DNA from: Monocercomonoides exilis PA203
Taxonomy: Eukaryota; Protista; Preaxostyla
Length of the DNA: 64,000 bases
NCBI GenBank assembly: GCA_001643675.2
Contig: LSRY02000028.1
Location: 868,001 to 932,000 of the forward strand
Reading direction: 5' to 3'
The translations under genes and the position numbers were made by a program. Within the stretch, counting starts at the first letter, position 1. Each line of letters starts with the position of its first letter. Positions 31,476-43,200 of this stretch are shown here, one piece after another. The notes beneath the pieces are model-generated. The model did no database searches. It worked only from the letters and a program-made list of their open reading frames with translations, and had not been told where the DNA came from.

Positions 31476-32118
31476 TCACTCGCCCCACAGCTGTGCCTTT
31501 TTCTCCAGCAGCGAAAAGAGCGGCGGCTCAATCTCGTTGATGCGCTGGCAGAACTCGTCCCAGTCCTGTCTGCTCGACACCAGAAACGCCAGCATCATCG
31601 ACGGGTCGATGTTCGCCATGTTGATGGAGAGGATGTTCTTCTGGTGGAATGTGTGCATCATCGGCTCAATCTGCTCTCTTTTGGTGACGGCTGGCTGTGT
31701 TACGTGCGGATCCAGATAGAACAGCCGGTTCTGCTGCACCCCAACAAACCAGTACGACGAGCGGGGCTTGCCGCCCACAATGCCGAGGGTGAAAGGGAGG
31801 GTGAAGATCGCTCTGAGTGAAGGGTAGTAAACTGGATTCACACTCTCCACGCCCAGCCTCACTGGCACTAGCAGCACCAGCGGATGCCACGGGCCAGACG
31901 GAGGGGCAAGAGCAGTATTCGGCACAAGAGAAGAGGTGGAGCAAGAGAACTTCCCGTCGGCTGTCCAGGCGGAGGGGGAGCCAGGACGCACAGCTGTGGA
32001 GCGCCCACGCTGTCTGATGTATGAGATGGACTCGAAGGTCGATGGAGAGGACGAGGCAGACGCGAATGTGGGTGCTCGGCGGAAGCGGAAGAAGGCAGAG
32101 GAGCCAGTTTTGGAGGAG

Positions 32119-32150
<32 letters not shown>

Positions 32151-34277
32151 GGAGGAAGATGATGACGATGATTTGGATAAGCTGGCTGCAAGAGAAGGAG
32201 CAGAAGAGGCAGATTTCATATAAGAGACAGAGCCAGATATGTCTGGCAGACTGGGGCATTTGTATGCTCCTCTGTCTTCTTTCTCCTTCCCTGTGCCATC
32301 TGTGCTGTTGCCATCCTCTTTCTCTCCTTTGTTCTCCTCCTCTTCTTCTTCCTCTTCCTCTCTCTCCTTCCCTCTGCTGTTATCTCTTGGGGCATCTTCT
32401 ATTTCAGAGAGATCAATTGTGCGTGTTGAGTACAGTGTGTGAATTGGATCATCTGTTGTCTGAAGGGGCCTCGGCGGTTCAACAGGGAATGGATGGAGGG
32501 ACAGCGGCTGAAGAGAGGAGGAGGTGCTGGTGAGGCTGGATGCTTCTTCAGTGAAGACAGAGGAAGACAAAGAAGAAGAAGAAGAAGAAGCAACAGAAGA
32601 AGCAGGTGATGACGAAGAAGAAGATGTTGATGAAATTGAAGAAAACGATGCTGACGAAGGTCTGGTTGAAGGGTTGAGCATGCCACGTGAGGGTGTTGCA
32701 GCATAAGCAGCAGGAAGGCTTCCATTTTGAGAGAGAGAAGAAGAATGAAGGCGATTCAGCGGCGTTTCACCGACCAGCTCGAAGTTCGTAAGCGACTCGT
32801 CGTCGCTCTCGTTTTCGCTTTCGGAAGCATTTTGAGATGTTTTGGGGGAGATGAGAGTGGAAGAAGGGACGATCTCTTTGGAAGGAAGATTCTTGTGTGC
32901 TGTGGATGAGGGAGAGCGAAATGAAGAAGAGGGGGAAGATGAATTAGATGAATTAGATGAGGATGGCGATGATGGTGATTGAGATGAAGATATAGAAGAA
33001 GAAGAAGAAGAAGAAGAAGAAGAAGAAGAAGAAGAAGAAGAAGAAGAAGAAGAAGAAGAAGAAGAAGAAGATGATGATGATGATGATGATGATGATAAGG
33101 CATTTGAAGAGCGAACAGAATCGTCGGGAGAAATGTTGAGTTTTTCAGTGATTGCCTGAGAGATGGCAGAAGAGACAGAGAGAGGGGTGGAGTGTGGTGA
33201 GGAGATAAATGACTGATATGGCGAGGTTGGAATAGAAGAAGGAGAAGACGATGCTCCGATGGAGATGGAAGAGATGGAAGAGATGGAAGGGACAGAGGAA
33301 GGAAGAGAAGCACCAGAAGACAGCTGGATGGAGCGGAGTGAGGGCAATATGGGGATTGGGTGTGAGTGGGGCGAGCTTATTGGAGAGATCTGAGAAGGAA
33401 GAGGAAGTTTTGGGGCAGAAGAGTCGGAGCCAGAGAGGATGGATGTTTCTGTGGCGGTGGTGAGGGAGGTGGTGAGGGAGGTGGCGAGCGAAGGAGAGGA
33501 AGAGAGGTGATCAGCCTGGTGAGTGGAAGAAGAAGAAGAGAGAGCATTCGACACAACCTGTGGAGAAGGTGGGTCAGAACACGTGGACGACGGAGAAATA
33601 GAAGCAGAGCGGAGGATGGCGGGGGCAGGGAGAGGGGTGAAGAAGGAGGATGAAGTGTCTGTGGAGGAGCGGGAGCTGATGGAAGAGGCAGAGGGAGAGA
33701 AGGTGCGGCTGGGTGAAAGAGAGGCGTGGGAAGGAGAGAGACAGGTTGACTGTATATTCGGTGAGGTTGAAGAAGAAGAGGATGATGATAAAGTTGTCGT
33801 TGAACATGAATTGTTGTTTGAATTAGAAGAAGAAGAAGATGATGATGATGATGTCGAAGAAGCCAATGTTCCATTTTGAGATGTCTGTGCCTGTGATTGC
33901 AGCATCGGGCTTACTGGCGATTGGCCCTTCAGAGGAGACGCTGCTCTTGCTGTGTGTTTTGCTTCTGCTTCTTCTTTGTCTTCCTCTTTCCTCAAAAACG
34001 AATGTGCGAAAGAGGCTGAAAGCGATGTTGGTTTTGAGAGATAGAACGGCTCAGAAGTGTTTGTGAAGGAGGAGAGAGAGAGAGAAAGACGGGCAAGAGA
34101 AGAGGGGCAGGTGAGCATGGCGCCTGTGTGCTGCTGAGAGAGGATGACAGGCATGTTGGCTGGCTGCTGGAGAGGAGAGGAGACTGTGATTGAGCTGCTG
34201 CTGGTGTCATCAGGTGAATGAGGGGATAGCCCAGCAGAAGATGAAGAAGAGGAAGAAGAAGCAGAAGGAGATGTTGG

Positions 34278-34309
<32 letters not shown>

Positions 34310-35606
34310 GCAATGGAGAGAGCTGTGTATGATTAGAAGAAACAGACTGAACAGGGCTGCTGTTTGCAGGAGATAGAGGGGTTTTGAATGGTGATGGCGG
34401 GATCATGTCTTTCTGCTCTGCTTCCTGCAGCTGCTGGAAGCTTGAGGCCGATGCTGACCTCTCAACAGACGCGATGGAGTATGTGGAGACTGGAAGCGAC
34501 GACGAAAGAGACAGTTTCATCAGCAGCTGCATCTTTTCGTTGTCTGTCTTCGACTGCTCTTCTTCGCTGCTTGCTCCTTCTTTTGCTTCGTCTGAGCCTT
34601 TTTGGGATTCAGATTCGCCTGATGCTGTTGCATTGTTCTGCTCTTCGTCCAGCTTGTCATCGTTCTCGTCTGCGACAATAGACGTAAAGCCTTCGAGATC
34701 TTCGCACGGAGCATCTTCCCTCACAATCCGTGAGCCAATCTTGATACAGTTAGATGATTGGTCTATTGAGTGCGACGATGGAGATGATGATGACGACGAA
34801 GTTGACGTTGATGAACTTGAAGAAAGTGACAGATTGATAGCTCCAGGATTTGTGGGTGCAGGAGCTGATCGTGGAGCAATAAATATTGTTTGTTTCTGAT
34901 AATCCAACGGAGCAAATCGATGCCTGGCTTTCCCTTTAACAATCCCAAGGTCGTGTTCAATCGTTTTCTGAGAACGAAATTTCATTGGCATTTTTTGAAC
35001 TCCATCAGGTCCCACTGATGGATGAGGTGCAATTCGCGATGTGCGAAGCAAAGATTTCTCAACTTGTCGTTGGTTCAAATCTGCCAAACGTTGGTATATA
35101 ACTTCCTTTAAAATTATTGTATCCATACATGATATAACTGCTGGAAATTTCAAATTGTTTGATTGAAGGGAAATGTGCTGGAGCGTGTTTGCACCGTCAG
35201 AAGGACCAAACCAAGATCCAACCTTCTTTCCAAATCTTGTTCCAACAACACTAATGTTATGAAGAGAAAATGGAGAAAGAGGTGTATCAAGAAATTGATT
35301 TATGATAGCATCAATATCCAAAACACTATCGTCAGGCAATCTTTCCTTTTCAACTCTCAGAAGAGCCTCAGCAAACATCATTTGACTTGTGCGAAGTAAA
35401 CAACCCCAACCTCTGTCAGAAGTTATTTTTGTATTTAATAATGGAGGAAAGTTTCGTCGGTATGTGAGCAAAATCAAAGATTGAAGTCGTTCTTGATACG
35501 TTATTTTATTTTGAAGTGTTGGATCAGACTTCAGCTTGAGAATAGATGGATACGGTGTTCCAAGAACCCAAATAGTGTCTTCTCCATAAACATAAAAGCT
35601 ATCCAT
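31476..35606 (-). CDS. ATG4: Autophagy cysteine protease ATG4 (peptidase C54) split by a ~1060-aa Ser-rich insert
   Basis: N-half: LTYRRNFPPL, SDRGWGCLLRTSQM (catalytic Cys), PFSLHNI, GKKVGSWFGP. C-half: WHPLVLLVPVRLG, GIVGGKPRSSYWFVG, YLDPH (Asp/His), HTFH, IDPSM. Confidence 0.93.
32995..33096. repeat. Coding microsatellite (GAA)25(GAT)9 encoding poly-Ser in the ATG4 insert
   Basis: Pure trinucleotide run read directly; TCA/TCT codons on the minus strand. Confidence 0.9.
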
Positions 35607-35797
35607 AAACTAGTCGACAATAGCAGCCGACTGTGGGAAACAATAAGAAGAAAAAATATATTTGTTAAAGTAAGGTTTCGATCAGTATCTTTTGTTTATA
35701 AACTTTCACATATGAATTTTCCTCAATCTTTCAAATATCATTTTATAAAATAAAATAAAATATGAAGTGTATTTTGAAATAAACGCAAAAGTTAATT

Positions 35798-36651
35798 TTA
35801 TGCTGTTTTTTTGGATTTTTTGTTATCCTCATTTGATTTCTTTTGATTAAGTCTCTGAGCCCAAGTTTTTGTTTCTTTTGGCTTCAATAAATCTGGCCTA
35901 GGATTCCTACCTTCCATTAAAACGTCAATTGATTCGAGGTCATCCAATGGAGTCATTTGACGGGCTTGCCTGAAGATTGAAAAAGAACAGCAGAAATAAA
36001 TATGGATAATATTAGTTAAAAAGGGAGGAAGAACACAAAAATATTTCATGAAAAAAACATCATAATATTCAATTTGTTCGAAAGCACGAATAACAACAAA
36101 AAAAAAAGCATTCATCTCCAAATATTTCTTTTTCAGTTCAGCATGCCTTGTCAAAAACAGCGTATCCTTCTGTTCTCTTCTCTTATCTCTGCGACTCATG
36201 TTGTTTTCTTCTGTCTTGTCCTTAGCTTGTTTCTCTTCGCTGCGTTCAATCACGTTCTTAGAAGACAAAGCAGCACGATCATCTGCTTTTTCTTCGCTGC
36301 TGGCTGATCCTCTGCTTATCACAGGCTCAGTCTGCTGAGCAGCTGGGGCTGAATCAGAAGGAGAGCGTGGCTCATAAACAATCTTCCCGTCTTTCTTTCG
36401 GGGAAAGAGGGTGAATATGCGTGTGCCCTGCCGCAGCGCCATCCACTTTCTGACGAGAATCGCCTTGTCTCTGATTGAAAAGGGCGATGCAAACAGATTC
36501 AGATGCTGTGCTGTCTGCTTTTGCACACGTTCGGCGAACTCTTCAGGCGTCTCGGTGGGCTTGATGGATGAGGGAGCTAAGAGTGAGATGGTGTAATGCT
36601 GAAACAAATTGGAGTTTTATCAGAGAGAAAATTGGTTTGTTTTATTTTATT

Positions 36652-36682
<31 letters not shown>

Positions 36683-37761
36683 TTTTTTGTAATGGCACAA
36701 TGAGAATGCATCCAGCAGAAAGATGATATGAAAATGAATTGTTAATCAAAGTAAATGAATGAATAAAAGAAAGAAAGAAAGAAAAAGATAGAGAAAGATA
36801 ATAATAATTTATGCAGAAGTTAGTATCAGCAGGATGCAAAGTAAAAACTGCATACATGATAAGGTTTAAATAGCATTACAAAGATATCTGACGTGAGAGT
36901 GGCGCAAAGGTAATGATCGTGAAGAACACTGTCAAATGGAGCATTGACAGAAATTGCCATGGGATATATTCGATGTCCAAGAGAAAATAAATGTCTATGA
37001 TACTGAAGAAGACATGTTTTTCCAGATGTTAGACCTCCCTAGTAAATTTTTGTGTTCAAAATGGTTATAAAAAATGGAATTATTCTTGTGAGTTTGTTTC
37101 TTTGGAAAAGAATACCTCTGCAAAGCAAAGTATTGGAAGGTTGCTTGTTTTCAAATGTTTTGTAATTTGATCACGAACGTATTGTCGATCGGACAAAGAA
37201 ACATAAAGTGGATGAATTGATTTCACCATTTGTTTAGTAATCAAAAATGTCTGGTAGTACAATGGAGTTATTGCTGCACATTCAAAACTTCCTCTAACTG
37301 CAACAATATCAAAATCGTTAATATGATTTGATATCATAATAACAGGTTGCCCAGTCCAATTTTCTCTGAATAAAAAGATGTTGAATGGATGGTTGAAGAA
37401 TTTTTTCACACTTTCCCTTCACTGTCACAAAAATCCCGAGCATAAAGCGATAAACTTAATGAAAAAGAAACAGTGTATTAATGATTATTCGTTCAAATTT
37501 AAAAAATGAAATTTTTCTAAAATTCAAACATTTGTACATGGCATTCTCAAATCCAATAATTCGTGAAAGTGGAAACAAAAAAAGTTCTGCTGCAACCACG
37601 AACATAAGTCTTATTGCCAATAAAGCAAGTCCAAAAGGAATGTACAACATAAAAAAGAAATAAGGCCAAGTTCTTCTTGGTCTTGTAAAACGAGTGTGAT
37701 CCACTATATCTTCTACACAAAATTTTCCTGCATCAGGATCAACAATGTCTGTCCTTCTCAT
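35798..37761 (-). CDS. AUP1-like / PlsC-family lysophospholipid acyltransferase-domain membrane protein
   Basis: Exons 37761-37530, 37454-37412, 37365-37116, 37038-36856, 36598-36147, 35969-35798. N-terminal hydrophobic hairpin (LYIPFGLALLAIRL), ISNHINDFD (HxxxxD), ILCFAEGGLTSG and ETPEEFAERVQ..DK, as in AUP1. The last intron is best modelled as GC-AG. No CUE domain is seen. Confidence 0.8.
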
Positions 37762-38259
37762 TTTGATAAAATTTCAATAATTACAGGATCGTAAATTTGC
37801 CATAATATTATAATTTTTCTTTTCAAATGAATTGTTTTTAATCCAGAACAATAGAAAATATTCATACAAACAAATAAATTATTGTAATGTTCAAAAAAAT
37901 TCCTTTGAAATATTATTTTCTTTGAAAATCAATAATTATTTTTTTTTTTTTTTGTGAAGAACAACTAATTCCATAAATCAAATGACCATTCATTATTCAA
38001 AATACTAATTTGAGGAAATAAAAAAATATATTGCATTCAAATTTGCTGCAATGAATAAAAAAAATCAAATAAGTGACGTGTGCAAAATGTTTTATAATAT
38101 CTCAATAATCTTCAATTATTTCCTGAAAGAAAAAATTTTCCACTTTCCATTTGTCAATTCTTTATTTCATTTATTTTCATTAATGAAAAAAAAAAAAACA
38201 GTTTAAATAAATTGTCATATAATCATAAGAATGACAAGTGATTAAATACATCAATTAAT

Positions 38260-39975
38260 TTTCAAATTTGGAAAACTTCTTATTCAAAATTGTTAGAATT
38301 ATTTTGACAAAATTAATAAAATAGAGTATTTTTCAAAAAACTTTTTTGTGAAATTTTGTATTTGGAGGAGTATCGGTAAGTGATAATTATATTATATTTT
38401 TCATTATTTGCAAAAATAATGACAAACTGAATCCCAATTAATCATATTTGTCAATGAACATGAAATTTTCTGATTTTTCAGAAAAAATTTATCTTCATGG
38501 AAATCATATAATTTTTAAATTATTTCACCACACATTGTTGGGTCACACATTATTCAATCAAAATAATTAATTTGTATCTATTTCTCTTATTGAATTGAAA
38601 TATTTTTCAGAATAAAATAAATCCACGAATGCCCTTTCTGAATTCTTTATTTGTTTTTTATTGTTTATCTGAATAAACTTATAGGGTCAGAAATTTATCG
38701 GTACCCAAAAAATTAATCGGGACCTAAATTTTCTGGCTCTCAAGAGCACTTTCAGAAAAAAATAAATAATAGAAAATTATTAATATGTTATAATATACTA
38801 TTTCCGAAAATATTTTTTCATATTATAATTTTTGTGAAAAGATCTGGTGTTTTTTGATTTATTTTTAAGATCAAAGACTTGCTCGTATTTTCATGAGCTT
38901 TTTGTTTTGAGATTTTTAAGTATTGTTATTGTTATTGAACATAACTTCTTTATAATTTTGGTTATTTTTCATTGTTAACACTTCGTTTTTTTATTATTTT
39001 TTGCATTTCACTAAATTTCGATAAAATTAAAAATAAAATGTGAAATTAGAGTTAGCATGTTTTTGTTCATAAAAGAATAGTTAAAAAAACTAATTGATAT
39101 GTGTATCACCAAAATTTTGAAACGAAAAAATATGATTTGAAGTTAAAAACACAAAAATACACAAAAACATGTTTTTTTGAATAATGATCTCGATCATTAA
39201 AAATTAAAGATTTTCTTATTTCTGATTACCTTTATTTGTTGATAATTAATATATTTACGCTTTTAAATTAACGAAAAAACTTATTTATTCAAATGCATTC
39301 TTCAATTTGTTGAAATTCAGTGAAAAGAAAAAAATAATAAAAAAATGAAGTGTTAACAATGAAAAATAACCAAAATTATAAAGAAGTTATGTTCAATAAC
39401 AATAACAATACTTAAAAATCTCAAAACAAAAAGCTCATGAAAATACGAGCAAGTCTTTGATCTTAAAAATAAATCAAAAAACACCAGATCTTTTCACAAA
39501 AATTATAATATGAAAAAATATTTTCGGAAATAGTATATTATAACATATTAATAATTTTCTATTATTTATTTTTTTCTGAAAGTGCTCTTGAGAGCAAGAA
39601 AATTTAGGTCCCGATAAAAAAAAGGGGATATGATAAACTACTGACCCTATTGATGCAAACAACTTTTCTTGGTTGAATAATGCATTATTTATCGATGTGA
39701 GGTGCAATAATTCAAAAATAAACCAATTTCCATGATGATGAATTTTTTTCTGAAAAATCAGATAATTTCATGTTTACTCACAAATAATAAAAATCTGGGT
39801 TCAAATTCTCATCTATATTTCGAACATTGAGTGAATATAATATTTTCTATATTTTCTGATATTTAGCCAAAAACCAATTTTTCACAAAAAAAAATTTTTT
39901 TTTTGTAAATACTCAATTTTATTTATTTTGAATAATTAATTGACCAATTTGGAATAATAAGAAACCAAATTTGAA
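38260..39975. mobile_element. ~1.7-kb foldback (long inverted repeat) element, non-coding
   Basis: 38716-38984 is the reverse complement of 39347-39615 (269 bp, one mismatch seen). Degenerate inverted similarity continues outward (e.g. 38450-38537 vs 39692-39790; 38261-38420 vs 39810-39975) and inward. Confidence 0.8.
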
Positions 39976-40228
39976 TAGAAAATGGTGTAAAAATTTTCCT
40001 AAATTTAAATTATGAATGGTGTTATTTCTTTTCAATGTTATGTTCAAGTTATTTACCGAAATGTTTTGCTAATATATTTTTCAAAATTTAAAAAATGAGG
40101 AATGATAAAAACAAAAACAAAACAACACTATAACATCTTTCGAAAACAAAAATCATAATGGGTATTAATATTTTCATTTATTCTCTCTAAATATTCGAAG
40201 CACAAAAAAAATACAGTGATTTTGCTTC

Positions 40229-43200
40229 ATGAACAGTGGTGCGATTTTTCATTCCATTCTTTTTTTATTTTTGTTTTTTTTCTAGAATTTATTCCATTGA
40301 CAAAAGAAAATTTTCATCAACAAATTATTGGATTGGATGGAGTAATTCAAGGAGTTAAATCAACACAAAGTAATTTTTAATTATTATTTTGTTTTTTTAT
40401 TTCATTTAATTTTTAAGAAGAAAAATCAGTTGAATGTTTGAACTACTTCCGATCTGCATTTTACGTTTTTCCTCCAATTGAAATGGTTAATGATCCCACT
40501 GAAACATGGAAAAAACTTCTTGAATATCTTATTACATTACTAACGTATTATAAGACTCCACCGTATGTTTATTAATCATTATTATGCGCTTTTTTATTTT
40601 TTGAATGAATTTTAGATCATACCCTTCCGAAATGTGGAACGAAATTATTAAAAAATTTCAAGATATTTTGCTCGTCATTGGTGAGTGCTATAAATTAAAG
40701 CCACAAATACCTCAATTTTTGGAGGCAATTACTTCTTTCTTTGGAAATATCTTCTCAGAATTTGTACAAGATTTCAATGAGCAGATATCTGATAACATTA
40801 CCACAGAATTTGACAAAGATATTATTCCTATTGAATATCTTCCAAATTCACAATTTCAAATTAAAATGATTGAATGCCTATGGAAAATAGATTTTTATCA
40901 TGCACTAATTGCAAATATTCAAAATGAGTTTTGTACGAGCAATGAGGAAAACTTGAAGGTCAAAGAACTTACTGAAAAGCTCTTCTTGCTCGAGAAGATC
41001 TGCTATGTTATTAAAACAGAACCTTTGAAAAATGCCGGCTTACACGAAATTTTCAATCACGTTCAGACGCTTGTTGCATCTTTTAATTTTGATGCACTGA
41101 ATGAAAATTCGTTTGAATATGTGAAAACCATCATCATTATTCTTGAAGAGTGTATGTTTAAAACCACCACAAATACAACGGACACAAGATATCAGATGGA
41201 GAGTATGCTTTTTAATGTAGGTGCACAGATGCTGAAATGCAGTAAGATAAAGACAAAACTGAAGGGACTTGAGTTTCTCACGATTCTTACTCGCACATAT
41301 GATCTTGATTTGCATTTTCCCGTAAGGCCACACTCCGAGATTTCCCTTCAGAATTTGAAAAATCTTGTCAAAGAGATCCCTTCATTTGAATGGGACGAAT
41401 ATAATAAAATGCAGCTTCCATCGGTAATTGAAAGGACTCTTGCGCTGACACCGACTCTCCTTTCGAGAATGGTGGACGAGTCGAATATATTCGATTATTT
41501 ATTTGGAACAGACTGTCACAATGAAATAGCTACGAAAGGAAAGCCTTTACTAGAATATCTTGCAAAAAATGATTCATTAACTCCACAACAGATTATTAAA
41601 CTGTATGAAAAGATGATGATACAGCAACAAAACCTTGCAGCAAGCATTATTAGATCTGGCATAAGCATTTCATTAATGATGTTGTCAAATAAAGGAGCGA
41701 TATGTTCGCTTGTGAGACTGCTTCTACAAAATGAAGAGTGCACACGCGACGAAGGCGAAAAACCTGAATCAGCTTCTTGTTCTGCATCGTCTTCATCTTC
41801 CAGTACAACTCAGGCTTTGCCAAGAAAAGATGGCGAGCTTGGCCTTCCTTATAATCTTTTCTTTTCATTCAAAAGGCAACTTACCCAGCAGACGATGGAG
41901 ATACTGGGTGAAATCCTCATTGCTTCTGAAAGTCATAACTTTACTGATATTTCACAACCTATTTTTTACTTTATTTTTCAAGTGTTGTTGGGGCACCCGT
42001 GCTTTGTTGTTATGGACGGAGCTCCATCACCAGTCATTGAGTCGTTGAAAAAGCAATGGACCCAACATCATCACACGGATTCAGCGGCCGAAAGTCAAAG
42101 AAATGCATCAAGCTGTTTCCTTACCCTTCCAACTATCAGTGAAGCACTAATCAACAGTGCACTTTTTGTTCTCGACAAGTTTTGCACAGCGCTAACCAAG
42201 AAAGAACGTTGCCATGACTATGTCAACTTCTTATACAAAGTGCTGAAGGAGGAAGGATATCCGGTGCAAGCGCTGTTGCTCATGCAGTCAATTTCGAAGT
42301 GGACGGATGAGCTAAAAAATATTTATGATAATTCGATCGAGAAGATGTGTTTGCAGCCCTTAATTCAATACAAGCAAAACATTGCAGATCAATACCACTT
42401 TTCACACTGCTATGCAAAGTGGGAAGCAGAGTCAGTTTTTGATAGGGAAGATAAGAATGAAAGAGATGAAACTCCACAGAAAAAGAGAATTGCAATTCAA
42501 ACATTGCTTCCACCTACAGATGATCCTCAAATTGACGAGTTTCGCTTTTCAGGATTACCACATCATACCGCTGTTTTAGCAATCGCAAATTTTATTAAGG
42601 AGATGTTGAAAAACACAGGTTATGTAAGCGATACTTTGATTGATAGATTATGGGATTCTCTTGTTAGAGATGCACTTTCTCGGAATGAAAGAAAGGTTGG
42701 AACGCAATTCTTTCTTGATCTGTTTTCTCTTCCATTTGACGAAGAGTCAAAGATATTCGTGGCAAATATTATTATCTCAAAGTTTCGTTTGACTGAGTCT
42801 TACATAACAAACACAGAGAATGAGGATCTTACACACGCACCGATTTCACCGCTTTTTCTAAGTGAAGATGATTTTGCGTTGTTCCGAGAGTGCCTGAAAG
42901 TTGTGAAAGAAAGCAGTGAAACTAGCAAAGACATAAATATAAGTGCCCGTGCTACCAAATATTTTATGAAAGCAATAAACTGTTTATTGGATATTGTCAT
43001 AGCAAATGGTGGAGAATTTGATTGGATGCAAACAGATGCTTCTGAGTCATTAAGTCAAACACAACTTGAGTGGGTGAATTCTTTCAAAACACGCCTCACA
43101 AAGAAGGTGAATTTGTGTACTTCCTCAACTTCCAGCCATTCAAATGAAGAAGCAGGAGCATCTCTTGATAACACGACACATTTTCATGAAACTTGCTTTG

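Noticed and set aside
31400-35000. Many overlapping and antisense ORFs (poly-E, poly-K, poly-L, poly-M), also at 350-1700 and 54000-54700
   Set aside because: They are shadow frames of TCT/TCA/GAA trinucleotide-rich coding sequence.
35970-36113. Non-canonical GA-AG intron (AT|GAATGC), or an in-frame hydrophobic segment in the AUP1-like gene
   Set aside because: A same-phase AAG|GCATGC donor at 36146 matches the GC donor used in SYF2, and the segment has intron-like composition.
13477-37761. A biosynthetic gene cluster linking the PKS with the AUP1-like acyltransferase
   Set aside because: They are >11 kb apart, separated by unrelated housekeeping genes, with no PPTase, transporter or regulator. 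Proximity alone is not evidence.
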